NCBI GenBank assembly: GCA_963815115.1
Contig: CAWFFN010000009.1
Span: 1,632,001-1,696,000 of the forward strand
From: an uncultured delta proteobacterium
Lineage (GTDB): Bacteria > Desulfobacterota > Binatia > DP-6
Length of the DNA stretch: 64,000 nt
Direction of reading: 5' to 3'
Position numbers and translations under genes: made by a program. Below are positions 11,492 through 21,900 of this stretch, piece after piece (positions within the stretch are counted from its first letter, which is position 1; each line of letters begins with the position of its first letter). The notes under the pieces are model-generated. The model ran no database searches, was not told the DNA's origin, and saw nothing but the letters and a program-made list of their open reading frames with translations.

Positions 11492-13024
11492 CGAGCCAGC
11501 GCTCCGCATTCCGCAGCGCGACCGCGACGATCGTCTCCTGCGGGTTGACGCCGATGGAGGAGGGCAGGGCGCTCGCGTCCGCCACCACCAGGCCGTGCAC
11601 CCCGTGCACGGCACCGCCGGCGTCGATCGCGCCGCGCGCGGGGTCGGTGGCCATGCGCGCGGTCCCCATGATGTGGACGGTCATCAGCTCGATGGTCTCC
11701 CGCACGCGAGGGCGCGTGGCGATGCGCCGGAGCTGGTGCGGACCGTCCAGCACGGGCATGTCGGCGAACGGCAGCAGGACCCGGCGGGCGCCGGCGGCGA
11801 ACAGGAGCTCCGCCGTGAGCGCCACGCCGCGGTGCAGGCGCTCGAGGTCGGCGTCGCCGAGGGTCTGGACGAGATAGGGCTCGCCGTCCGGGCCCATGAT
11901 CACGCGCCCCTCGGTGTCGTCCTCGACCAGCGTCGCGGCCGTGAGCATGTGGTTGTAGAGCGACATGATGGCCGCGTTCTCGGACCCGAGCCCCGGCAGA
12001 GCGGCCGCCAGCAGCCCGGGCGGCACCGCGGCATAGCCGATCAAGATCCCGTCGCCCAGGAAGTGATGGATGTGGAACGCCTGATGGGTGCCGATCCAGG
12101 GATCGATGCGCTCGTCGAAGATGCCGACGCACTTGGCGTTCGGATGGGTGTGCAGGCCGCGCCCGATGGCCCGGGCGCGCAGCGGCTGCGCCGCAGGATG
12201 CCCGGCGTGTGACGCGCGCCGGCGGCGAGCACGACCAGCGGCGCGCGCACCTCGAAGCGGCGCCGGCGGCGGCCGTCGGCGTCCAGCAGGCGCCCGCGCA
12301 CGCCCACCGCGCGCGTGCCCTTCCAGAGCACGCGCTCGACCCGCGCATCGGTGAGGAGGGCCGCGCCCGCCGCGAGCGCGCGCGGCACCTCGGTGACGTG
12401 CATCGCCTGCTTCGCGCCAGTTGGACAGCCCAGCGCGCAGTTGTTGAGCCCGACGCAGCGACGCATGTTGCGCGGCGCGCGCGCCAGGGGCCAGCCGAGA
12501 CGCTCGGCCCCCAGCATGAAGAGCTGCGTGTTGCGCCCGAAGGTGTCCTCCTGGTTCGGCTCGGCGTGCAGGATGCGCTCGGCTTCCTCGAAGTACGGCT
12601 CCATGGCGCGCGGCCCCAGGCCGGCGAGCCCGAGCTCCCCCTCCCAGCGGGCCAGCACGGGCTCGGGCGTTCGCCAGGTCATGCCGCCGTTGATCACCGT
12701 GGACCCGCCGACGCAGCGCCCCTCGGCGAAGATGATCGGCGGGTTGCCGAGGATCATGCTCGTGCCGGCGTCGCGGTAGAGGCGGCGGATCATCGTGCCC
12801 GGATCGGTGGTGAAGGTCTCCGTGCGGTGCAGCGCGCCCTCTTCCAGCATGAGCACGTCGAGGCCGCCGTCGCGCAGCCGTGCCGCCGCCGTCGCGCCGC
12901 CGGCGCCCGTGCCCACGACGACGGCGTCGGCGTGAAAGACCGGGTTGCGGTCGAGGGACGCGCCCGCCGTGACGTTGGGATAGTCGATGCGGTGCTCGGG
13001 CGGGGACGGAAGCGGCGCGGTCAT
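11481..13024 (-). pseudogene. GMC family oxidoreductase split by a 1-nt frameshift near 12182 (possibly a sequencing error)
   Basis: N-part VVGTGAGG..GRCVGGSTVINGG (ORF 12041-13024) continues in the 11481 frame (IGRGLHTHP..HIMGTARM..GVNPQET); one C is missing at AGC CGC [C]TG. Confidence 0.85.
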
Positions 13025-13193
13025 CCCGGGGTGCCGATAGATCCGGTGCGGGCGTCGAGGTCAACGGCGACCGTGGAGGCTTCCTGGTCGGACCGCTGAA
13101 GTGCAATGGCGCTCGCTGTAGACCCTGTAGCCACTGGGTCCCCTTGCGCCACCCCCGGGGCCGACAATCCATTGTTTGCGCGGGCCTCCTCGC

Positions 13194-13208
13194 TGGCACG
13201 CGGACTGC
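13194..13208 (+). promoter_or_regulatory. Sigma-54 -24/-12 promoter
   Basis: TGGCACG-CGGA-CTGC with exact GG-N10-GC spacing, 32 bp before ATG 13241. Confidence 0.7.
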
Positions 13209-13240
13209 ACTCGCAGGTTCGAGTCCACGGAGGAGAGCGC

Positions 13241-13639
13241 ATGAAGAGAGTTGCGAGGGAGAAGGAGGACCGACCCGGGCGTCTGTTGCGACTGGACACC
13301 ATCCTGCCGGAGCAGTTCTTCTCGCTGCGCGAGCAGCAAGGCTGGAGAGGTGAGCAGCGTCTGATGGCGGCCATTCTCGTCGATGCACTCGCCGTCTACT
13401 CCAGGCGCGCCGTACCCGGCGCGTCGGATGCCGGACACGTGCTGCGACAAACGCAGCACTGGCTCCGGAGCAACGATCGCACCTCGCCGTGCTCCTTCCT
13501 TCGCGTGTGCGAGGTGCTGGGACTGGAGCCGGATGCCGTCCGGCGCCATCTGCGCGACGGCGGTGGCGAGGAAGCGGCACAGGGTCGCAGCTTCGCATTC
13601 GCCCGCCTCAAGTCGCCACGCCGCCTGGTCGGGGGATGA
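13241..13639 (+). CDS. Uncharacterised protein (ILPEQFF..GEQRLMAAIL..W..SFLRVCEVLGLEP type)
   Basis: SD GGAGGAG; compact motif-rich ORF behind a sigma-54 promoter. Confidence 0.7.
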   Translation: MKRVAREKEDRPGRLLRLDTILPEQFFSLREQQGWRGEQRLMAAILVDALAVYSRRAVPGASDAGHVLRQTQHWLRSNDRTSPCSFLRVCEVLGLEPDAVRRHLRDGGGEEAAQGRSFAFARLKSPRRLVGG

Positions 13640-13717
13640 TGCCCCCGTCCGCCGAGAGACGTCGCGCGCTCGGGTAGGGTGAGGGGCTCGGAGCAGCGCG
13701 CGCCTTCGGGTCCGGCG

Positions 13718-14632
13718 TCAACGACGGGGACGATAGTCCGCCAGCCACGTCTTGAGCGCGCGCGTGACGACGGCGGACGCATCCTGCTGCACGAAGTGTC
13801 CCGCGCCCGGGACCGTCACGAGCGTGAGGCTCTGGTCGAGCCACTGCCACGTCCCGTCGAGCCCCGCCGACAGGAGGAAGGGGTCGGCGAGCCCGTAGAC
13901 GATCAGGGCCGGCGCCTGGACCTGCGGCAGGGCGAGGTCCGGATAGGGCGCGCGCGGGTAGTTTCGCCGGTAGTAGTTCAGCATGGCGGTGAAATCGGAT
14001 CGGCGAAACGCCTCGACGTAGCGCTCGCGTGCGGCTGGATCACGCACCCACGCGGCGAGGCCCTCGGCGGTCAGTGCCTGCTCCGCGCCGTCCTGCTGGA
14101 ACACGCGGGCGTATGCGCTGGCAGCCTCCTGCGCGGGATTGTCGCGCAGCTCGCGGAAGAGGCAGCGCGGATGGGGCGCATTCAGGGCCGCCACGCGCTC
14201 CGTCATGGCGGGATGGGTGATGGCGAAGAGCCACGCGACCTCCCCGCCCCAGTCGTGACCGACGACCACGGCCTTGTCGCGGCCGACGTCGTGGATCACC
14301 GCCGCGACGTCGTTGGCGAGGAGGAGAATGTCGTACTGCCCCACTCCCGCCGGCTTGTCGCTCAGGTTGTAGCCCCGCTGGTCCATCGCGACCACCTGGT
14401 AGTGGTGCGACAACGCCGCCATCTGGTCGCGCCAGGTGTACCAGAAGTCCGGAAACCCGTGGATCATGACGACGAGCGGCCCGTGCCCGAGGGTGGCGTA
14501 GTGGATGCGCACGCCGTCGCTGTCGGCGTAGCCGTCGCGCACGCGATCGTAGACGTCGCGGGTGGCGGCACCGGCCTCTACCGCGAGGACCACGAGCACG
14601 AGCGTCGAGTACCGCAGGATCCTTCGGAGCAT
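13718..14632 (-). CDS. Exported alpha/beta hydrolase (epoxide hydrolase-like)
   Basis: Signal peptide; [24 protein letters not shown] and GHFVQ motifs. Confidence 0.9.
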   Translation of the reverse strand: MLRRILRYSTLVLVVLAVEAGAATRDVYDRVRDGYADSDGVRIHYATLGHGPLVVMIHGFPDFWYTWRDQMAALSHHYQVVAMDQRGYNLSDKPAGVGQYDILLLANDVAAVIHDVGRDKAVVVGHDWGGEVAWLFAITHPAMTERVAALNAPHPRCLFRELRDNPAQEAASAYARVFQQDGAEQALTAEGLAAWVRDPAARERYVEAFRRSDFTAMLNYYRRNYPRAPYPDLALPQVQAPALIVYGLADPFLLSAGLDGTWQWLDQSLTLVTVPGAGHFVQQDASAVVTRALKTWLADYRPRR

Positions 14633-14747
14633 GGGTCCCGGAGTACCACACCCTCGCCTGGCGATGCAGCGGTCGTTCGTCGTCGCCGGCTGGGAACTGC
14701 CGATCCCGTCGGTTGCGTCGGCGCCCACGAGCCCCTAGGCCGGACGC

Positions 14748-15911
14748 ATGCGCCCGGGGCGGGTCATCATCGTGGGCGCGGGGATCGGGGGCATGGCGCT
14801 GGCGGCCGCTCTGCAGCGCCTGGACATCCCGGTGCTCGTGCTGGAGCGCGCCGCGCGCCTCGGCGAGGTGGGCGCAGGCCTGGGTGTCCTGCCGAACGCG
14901 GTGCGCGCCCTCGCCGCGATCGGCGTCTCGCGCAAGCTCTACGGCAACGCCGGCCCCTTTCGACGCTTTCGGATCTGCAACCAGCGCGGCGAGGAGCTCA
15001 ACGAGGTCGACTTCGAGGCGGCCTTCCGGCGCGTCGGAGGCGAGGGGTACGTCATGCATCGCACGGCGCTCCACGCTGCGATCTCGGAGTGCGTGGACCC
15101 GGGCTCCGTCCGCACGGACGCGTGCGTCACGTCGATCGAGCAGAGCGCGGCCGGCGTCTCGGTACACGTCGCGAGCGACCCGGCTCCGGTTTCGGGGGAT
15201 GTCCTCGTGGGCGCCGACGGGCTCAATTCGGTCGTACGCGCACACGTCCTCGGCGATGGTCCACCGAGGTATGCGGGGGAGACCATCTTCCGTGGAATCA
15301 CGGAAGCCGCGCTCGACCCTCCCGACGTCTGCCGCGAGGTGCTGGGTGCGGGGCAGCGGGCGGCCTTCTACGACATGGGAGCGGGCCGCTGCTACTGGTG
15401 GGCGACGGATCCCGTTCCGCCGGGGACCCACATCGCCGAGACGGCCCGGAGCGCCTACCTGCAGGAGCGGTTCGCGGGATGGCCCTACGGCTTGCCCGCG
15501 CTCTTCGCGCGCACGCCCTCGGAGCGCATCCTGCAGAACGACATCTTCGACCGGAAGCCGGCCCGGACATGGCACCGCCAGCGGGTCGTGCTGCTCGGCG
15601 ACGCGGCCCACCCCACCACGCCGAACCTGGGTCAGGGCGCGTGCCTCGCGCTCGAGGATGCCGTCGTGCTGGCGCGTACGATCCGCCAGTCAGCCGACTG
15701 CGAGGGCGCGTTCGCGTACTATCACCGCGTGCGGGGGCCGCGTACGGCGCGCATCACCCGACTGTCGCGCTGGTGGGGTCGCTCCGGGCTGTGGAAGGCC
15801 GCCCCCCTCGTGTGGCTCCGCGACCAGGGCTATCGATCCACGCCCCGGTCGTGGTTCGACTGGGGTATGCGCGATCAGTACGGCTACGATGCGGGCGCGC
15901 TGACCGGGTGA
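14748..15911 (+). CDS. FAD-dependent monooxygenase
   Basis: GAGIGG, VGADG and LLGDAAH..P..GQGA fingerprints. Confidence 0.92.
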   Translation: MRPGRVIIVGAGIGGMALAAALQRLDIPVLVLERAARLGEVGAGLGVLPNAVRALAAIGVSRKLYGNAGPFRRFRICNQRGEELNEVDFEAAFRRVGGEGYVMHRTALHAAISECVDPGSVRTDACVTSIEQSAAGVSVHVASDPAPVSGDVLVGADGLNSVVRAHVLGDGPPRYAGETIFRGITEAALDPPDVCREVLGAGQRAAFYDMGAGRCYWWATDPVPPGTHIAETARSAYLQERFAGWPYGLPALFARTPSERILQNDIFDRKPARTWHRQRVVLLGDAAHPTTPNLGQGACLALEDAVVLARTIRQSADCEGAFAYYHRVRGPRTARITRLSRWWGRSGLWKAAPLVWLRDQGYRSTPRSWFDWGMRDQYGYDAGALTG

Positions 15912-15929
15912 GGTCTGCTCGAGCGGCGT

Positions 15930-16706
15930 TCACGGATTCCCGTCGCGCATGATCCGCAGGACACGCAGGAACGGCTCGCGCGAGACGGAACCGGCGCGGG
16001 TGAAGGGCGCCTCGAGCACCACGATCACGAAGATGAAGAGCGCGATGGTGCCGGCGAAGGTCGCGGTGGTCAGCATGTGGAGCCGGAGGTTGCTGACCCC
16101 GAAGAAGTAGCTGAAGCCCACCGTCAGCGCCGCGCCGCCCAGCAGCGCGACCCAGAGCACGGGAGGGATCTTGGACCGCGCGCGCAGGAGCCGAAGGTTG
16201 CGGTTCTCGGCGAGGTCGTTCATGCGGCGCAGCGTCTCGCCCTGGGCCGCCAGCTCGCGGAAGTCGCCGACGGGGAGCGCCCGGTAGAGGCGCCAGACGT
16301 CATCGAACGCCGCCCGCGCCCGGGGGCTCTCGCCGCCGTGGCTCATGGCGTCCCACTCGTCGTCGACGACTGCCTCGGCGTAGGCCCGCAGGGCGGCGAC
16401 CAGCGGCCCGGCAACCGACTCGGGATACTGGGTCGCATCGCGACGCAGCTCGAGCAGGTTCGCGGCCTCCTCCTCCACCGTGGTGGTGATGCCGTTGTGG
16501 TGCTGCCACACGGTGATGACGACGAACGCGAGCAGCACGGCGTAGATCGTGCCCACCACCTGGAACTCGGCGCCGGTCATGTCGTGGTGGGGGGCGAGCC
16601 TCTCCCGTGGCAGGACGCGCCGGGTGACGAGCAGTCCGGCCAGGGCGAGCGCGATGCCGGAACCGACCACCGTCAGGCACAGCCACGGCAGGGCGAGGTC
16701 GAGCAT
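15930..16706 (-). CDS. DUF4239 (bestrophin-like) membrane protein
   Basis: GTIYAVLLAFV, YAEAVVDDEW and LEAPF motifs; four TM segments. Confidence 0.8.
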   Translation of the reverse strand: MLDLALPWLCLTVVGSGIALALAGLLVTRRVLPRERLAPHHDMTGAEFQVVGTIYAVLLAFVVITVWQHHNGITTTVEEEAANLLELRRDATQYPESVAGPLVAALRAYAEAVVDDEWDAMSHGGESPRARAAFDDVWRLYRALPVGDFRELAAQGETLRRMNDLAENRNLRLLRARSKIPPVLWVALLGGAALTVGFSYFFGVSNLRLHMLTTATFAGTIALFIFVIVVLEAPFTRAGSVSREPFLRVLRIMRDGNP

Positions 16707-16830
16707 GATCCTGCGCGGCCTTTTCGACGATCCGGCCGCTGAACGCCAGCGGGAGTGCCCCGTCGCACCCCGGGCGCCATTTGCCGTCGAACGGCGGACC
16801 GCGATAGGCAGTTCGATCAACGGAAGTCGC

Positions 16831-18441
16831 ATGGCGGAACCCATTGCCGACGTGCTGATCATCGGCGCCGGTGCGTCCGGCGCCGCGCTCGCGTGGAGCC
16901 TCGCGGACACGCGCATGCGTGTCGTCTGCCTCGAGCAGGGCGACTGGATGAATCCCGCGGAGCTCCCCGGCATGTCGACGAGCTGGGAGGTCCGACAGGT
17001 CGGCGATTTCAACTTCAGCCCCAACGTGCGCGGCCGGCGCGAGGACTACCCCGTCAACGACGGCGACTCGCCGATCGCGGTCTCGATGTTCAACGCCGTC
17101 GGCGGCAGCACGATCCTCTACGCGGCGCACTTCCCGCGCTTCCGCCCGTCCGATTTCAAGGTGCGGACGCTCGACGGCGTCGCCGACGACTGGCCGCTCG
17201 ACTACGCGCGGCTCGCCCCCTACTACGATGTGAACGCGCGCATGACGGGGGTGTCGGGGCTGGCCGGCGACCCCGCGTACCCGCCGAAGGAGCTGCCCCT
17301 TCCCCCCGTGCCGCTCGGCAAGCTGGGCGAGACGCTGGCGGCAGGCTTTAACCGCCTCGGCTGGCACTGGTGGCCATCCGACAGCGCGATCACGACCCGC
17401 GAGTACGAAGGCCGCGCGCCCTGCATCAACGCCGGCACCTGCCTCGTCGGGTGCCCGCAGGGCGCGAAGGGCAGCACCGACGTCACCTACTGGCCGCCGG
17501 CCCTGCGTCGCGGCGTGCACCTCGAGACCCGCTGCCGGGTGCGGGAGATCACCGTCGGCGACGACGGCATGGCGAGCGGCGTCATCTACTACGACGCCGA
17601 GGGGGTCGAGCGGCGGCAGAAGGCCGAGGTCGTGGTGCTCGCGTGCAACGGCATCGGCACGCCGCGCCTGCTCCTCAACTCACGCTCGCGCCACTTCCCC
17701 GACGGGCTCGCGAACCGCAGCGGCCTGGTCGGCAGGAACCTCATGTTCCACCCCTATGCGATGGTGACGGGGATCTTCGACGAGCCGCTCGAAGGCTACA
17801 AGGGTCCGACGGGCTGCTCGATCATGAGCCAGGAGTTCTACGACACCGATCTGTCGCGCGGCTTCGTCCGCGGCTACTCGTTCGAGATGCTGCGTGGCTT
17901 CGGGCCGATCTACACGGCGCTCTGGGCCATGACGGCGGGCCGGCTGCCGTGGGGAGCCGAACACCATCGCGCCTTTTCGGAGCTCTTCGACCGCACCGCG
18001 GGCATGGTCGTGATCTCGGAGGACCTGCCCGATCCGGAGAACTCGGTGACGCTCGATCCGGCGCTGACGGATTCGAACGGCATCCCATCGCCGAAGATCA
18101 CCTATCGCCTGAGCGAGAACAGCACGAAGATGCTCGCCCACGCCGTGGCGCGCGGCCAGGAGGTGCTCGAGGCCTCCGGGGCGAGGGCCACGGTGGTCGA
18201 GTCGCCCCTTCGGATCGCCGGCTGGCATCTCATGGGGACGGCGCGCATGGGATCGGATCCCCGCACCTCGGTCGTGAACTCCTGGGGCCGGTGTCACGAC
18301 GTCCGCAACCTGTTCATCGTCGACGGCAGCATCTTCGTGACCTCGGCGGCCGTGAACCCCACCAACACCATCCAGGCGCTGGCGCTCTACATCGCCGACA
18401 CGATGAAGAAGAAGCTCGCGTCCCTCTTCGACGACGACTGA
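16831..18441 (+). CDS. GMC family oxidoreductase, large subunit
   Basis: IIGAGASG, VGGST, CINAGTCLVGC (3Fe-4S-like Cys cluster), HLMGTARMG and NPTNT. Confidence 0.92.
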   Translation: MAEPIADVLIIGAGASGAALAWSLADTRMRVVCLEQGDWMNPAELPGMSTSWEVRQVGDFNFSPNVRGRREDYPVNDGDSPIAVSMFNAVGGSTILYAAHFPRFRPSDFKVRTLDGVADDWPLDYARLAPYYDVNARMTGVSGLAGDPAYPPKELPLPPVPLGKLGETLAAGFNRLGWHWWPSDSAITTREYEGRAPCINAGTCLVGCPQGAKGSTDVTYWPPALRRGVHLETRCRVREITVGDDGMASGVIYYDAEGVERRQKAEVVVLACNGIGTPRLLLNSRSRHFPDGLANRSGLVGRNLMFHPYAMVTGIFDEPLEGYKGPTGCSIMSQEFYDTDLSRGFVRGYSFEMLRGFGPIYTALWAMTAGRLPWGAEHHRAFSELFDRTAGMVVISEDLPDPENSVTLDPALTDSNGIPSPKITYRLSENSTKMLAHAVARGQEVLEASGARATVVESPLRIAGWHLMGTARMGSDPRTSVVNSWGRCHDVRNLFIVDGSIFVTSAAVNPTNTIQALALYIADTMKKKLASLFDDD

Positions 18442-18451
18442 GGGGCCGGAG

Positions 18452-18922
18452 ATGAGCGACCAGGATTCCGCCTTCTCCGCGGAACAGGAGGACATCCTCC
18501 GGACCCTGCTCGACGTGGTCCTCCCGCCGAGCCCGGACGGCCGGCTCCCGGGGGCCGGCGGAGTCGGCCTCGTCGCGCACATCAGGCGCACCGTACAGCA
18601 GACGCCGATGCTCCGCCCCGTCGTCGAGTACGGGCTGTCCGCGCTTGCCGAGCAGGCGGCGGGCAGGAATCCGGGCGGCTGGGCGGCGCTCTCCCGGGAC
18701 GAGCGCGCCGAGGTGCTCCGGACGTTCGCGGCGGGCGATCAGTTCTTCCTGCCCGCGTTCCTGTTCCTCGCCTACTCGGGCTACTACCAGCACGAGCGCG
18801 TCGTCGAGGCGCTCGGCCTTGAGGCGCGCGCGCCGCACCCGAAGGGGTACGCGATGGAGCCGTTCGACGTCACGCTCCTCGACGCGGTCCGCCGGCGCGA
18901 CAAGATGTATCGCGACGGCTGA
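18452..18922 (+). CDS. Gluconate 2-dehydrogenase subunit 3-like small subunit
   Basis: LLDVVLP..PGAG and GYYQH motifs; immediately follows the GMC gene. Confidence 0.8.
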   Translation: MSDQDSAFSAEQEDILRTLLDVVLPPSPDGRLPGAGGVGLVAHIRRTVQQTPMLRPVVEYGLSALAEQAAGRNPGGWAALSRDERAEVLRTFAAGDQFFLPAFLFLAYSGYYQHERVVEALGLEARAPHPKGYAMEPFDVTLLDAVRRRDKMYRDG

Positions 18923-18932
18923 GCCGGCGGGG

Positions 18933-21900
18933 TCAGGGCACGAAGAGCCCCCGGTTGGTCGCATCGTGCCGTGCCTGCGGCCAGAACCTGGCATCGGGGT
19001 CGCCGCGGGCGCGCCAGACCCACAAGGTGCCTTCGCGCGTCGACACTGCGACCACCGGCCGGTTGCCGATCCGGCCGACCGCGGGAGTGGCGATGATCCA
19101 GCCGCCGGTGAACTTCGGCCAGCCGGGCGCCTCGGTACCCGTCGCGTCCATCGCGTGCACGAGGTAGCCGCCGCTGCCGATCACCATCTCGGCCTGGGCG
19201 TCGCCGCTCACGTCGGCGATCGCGGCGCTGCCGAAGAACACCACGTCGTCGAGCAGGCGCGGGAACGCGGGCAGGAACTGCCCCGTCGCGACGTTCCAGG
19301 CCTCCACGTGGCTGTCGTGCGGGAGCTGCTGGGCGGGGATGTTGGTGTCGGCCAGGCGACCGAATCCCGCGCCCGGCGCGACGTACACCATCGCGCCGCC
19401 CGGTCCGATGGGCGCGAAGCTGCCGGCTCCGAGCCCCGGCACCGACGGCGCGTCGCCGGACGGTGTGTCCGGACCGAATGCGGCGCCGTCGGTCGGGAGC
19501 GTCACGGGCAGCCCGTCCGGGCCCGTGCCGTAGAACGAGGAGCCGTCGGCGCGCAGGATGTACGCGGGACCGACGACGCCGAAGATGCCGACCTCGAGCG
19601 AGCCGTCGCCGTCGACGTCGGCGAGCACCGGAGAGCCGGGCACGCCCTCGATCCAGGGCAGCAGCTCGGGGGCGACGATCCCGATGCGCACCGGCCAGCC
19701 CGGCAGCTCGGGACCCGCGGGATTGCCCATCCCGAGCGGATCGGCGTTCCCGGCCGCCGGGATGGCATGCAGGCGGCCGTTGCCGCCGTCGAGCAGGCCG
19801 AGCGCCTGGAACGTGCCGATCGACGTGTTGCCGGCGGATGAGAAGTTCACCGGCTCGCGGTACTCCTCGTTGCTGCCGACCACGACGACGGGCCTGCCGT
19901 CACCCCGCAGCGCGCCGACCGCGGGTGTCGACACCAGCTTCGTCCCCTGGAGCGCGACGGCCTGTCCGCCGACGGTCTTCGGCACCACGTGGTCGCTCAC
20001 CGGATCGATCGACGCCATCTGCGTGCGATCGACCACCAGCACCGGCCATCCCGGTTGCGTGCTGCCGTCCGCGCGCCAGACGTAGACGTGGCGGTCCATG
20101 CCCGCGGCGATGATCTCGGGCCGATCGTCCCCGTCGAGGTCGGCGAGGACGGGCGCCGCGAGCAGCCCGCGCTGGAGTCGGTTGAAGCGGTCGCGCGCGC
20201 TCCGGGCGGAGAAGCGGGCCTCCGTTCGCACCGGGAACGCGGGACGCCGCGTGCCGTCCTGCTCCCAGACGTAGAGCTTGCCGGCGAGCGAGCCGGCGAC
20301 GACCTCGGTGCGCCGGTCCCCGTCGATGTCAGCGGCCGCGGCGCCGCCGCCGAACGACTCGTACCACGCCGTCGGCAGCGCGCCGCTCACGAAGGCGCGC
20401 GATCCCGTGTGCAGCGGCAGCGGGTCGGTGTGCACCGGCCAGCCCGGCAGCGAGTGTCCGTTGGCGCGCAGCGCCAGGATGGTGCCGTCGGCGGTCGGGA
20501 CGATCAGGGCCTGCCGCTTTGGCCGCCGCTCCGTGCCGAGCGGCAGCTTGCCACGCAGCCGGGCGAAGAGCGGCGACGGCTCGCCGCTGCCGCCGATGGC
20601 GAGCGGGAAGCCCCGCCTGAGGTCGTCGTCGTGGTGCAGGTAGAGGGTGCGCCGTGCCTCGCCGCGCCGGCCGCCAGCGTCGGTGACGCGGAGGCGCAGC
20701 GTCACCGTGAACGCGTCCGGCGTGTCGTCGGGCGACGGCGTCCCGCTCGGCGCCGTCTGCGGGACGCCCTCGGGATCGATCATGCAGCGCATCGCGGTAT
20801 CGCGGATCGACCACGACGCCAGCGTGCCGGGCCCGGTGGGCGCGCTCAGGCCGCTCGCCGAGGCGATCGTCGTGAAGCGGTCCTCCGTCGGCTGCACGCC
20901 GCAGCCGGCGGCGAGCTCCCAGCCGTAGCTCGCGGCGCGCGTCGCGGCGGCCGCGCCGGTGACGGTGACCACGGGCGTGCGCACGGGGTCGAGCGTCTGC
21001 CACCAGTCGGGCGCGAGCAGGTCCGCTTCCGGCGGCACCGCGTCGCTCGCCACCGCCTGCACGGCCTGACGGGCATTGGCGCGGCCGGCGCCGAAGTACT
21101 CGTCCCAGCCGGGCTGCGAGGCGTAGCGCATGGAGTCGATGCCGAACGCCGACAGGATGAAGGAGACCGTCCGGTCGCCGCTGAAGTCGATGTCGTCGGC
21201 GGTCATGGTGAGGAGCTGCGCCACCTCGTCCGCCGACAGCGGGTGCACGCCGCCGGTCGGATCGGTGCGGCGCGGCTGGAGCGTGCCGGCGTCGACCCGG
21301 TCGAGCGCCGCGGAGATGATCAATCCTGCGATGCCGGAGCCCCGGCCGGTGGCCTCCGAGGAGCACGACGAGGACTCGATCGCGACGGCGATGTTGCCGC
21401 CGTAGTTCGTGCAGCCGTTGAGATAGAGGTAGGAGTGCGGGCTCATCGTGAAGCCCGACTGGTCGGCGAACCGGGTCACCGAGTTCACCGTGATGGTGTG
21501 GCGGTCGGCGGCCGGCCAGTTGTGGTGGAAGCTCTCCTCGTCGGCCGCCGAGGCGATGACCGGCACGTCGCTCTGCCAGGCGTACTCGATGGCCGCGCGC
21601 GCGAAGGACGTGTTGTTCACCGTCCCGAGCGCCTCCTGCACGATGTGGGCGCCGCTGTCGACCGCGAAGACGACGCCCTGCGCGAAGTTGTTCGAGTCGG
21701 CGATGAAGCTGTCGCCGACGCGCACCGGCAGGACGCGGCAGTTGGGACACGTTCCGAGGTCGCCGCCGTTGTCGGCCTCCGCCGTGGAATCCTCCGCCTC
21801 GCCCGTGCCGTGGCCGTACGACACCTCGTCGAACGGGTCGTTGTCGTCGTCCAGGAAGTTCCAGCCCGCGATGTCGTCGACGTAGCCGTTGCCGTCGCCG

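Noticed and set aside
12175-12190. Programmed frameshift in the GMC gene
   Set aside because: No slippery heptamer; a single missing C explains it, consistent with the indel errors elsewhere.
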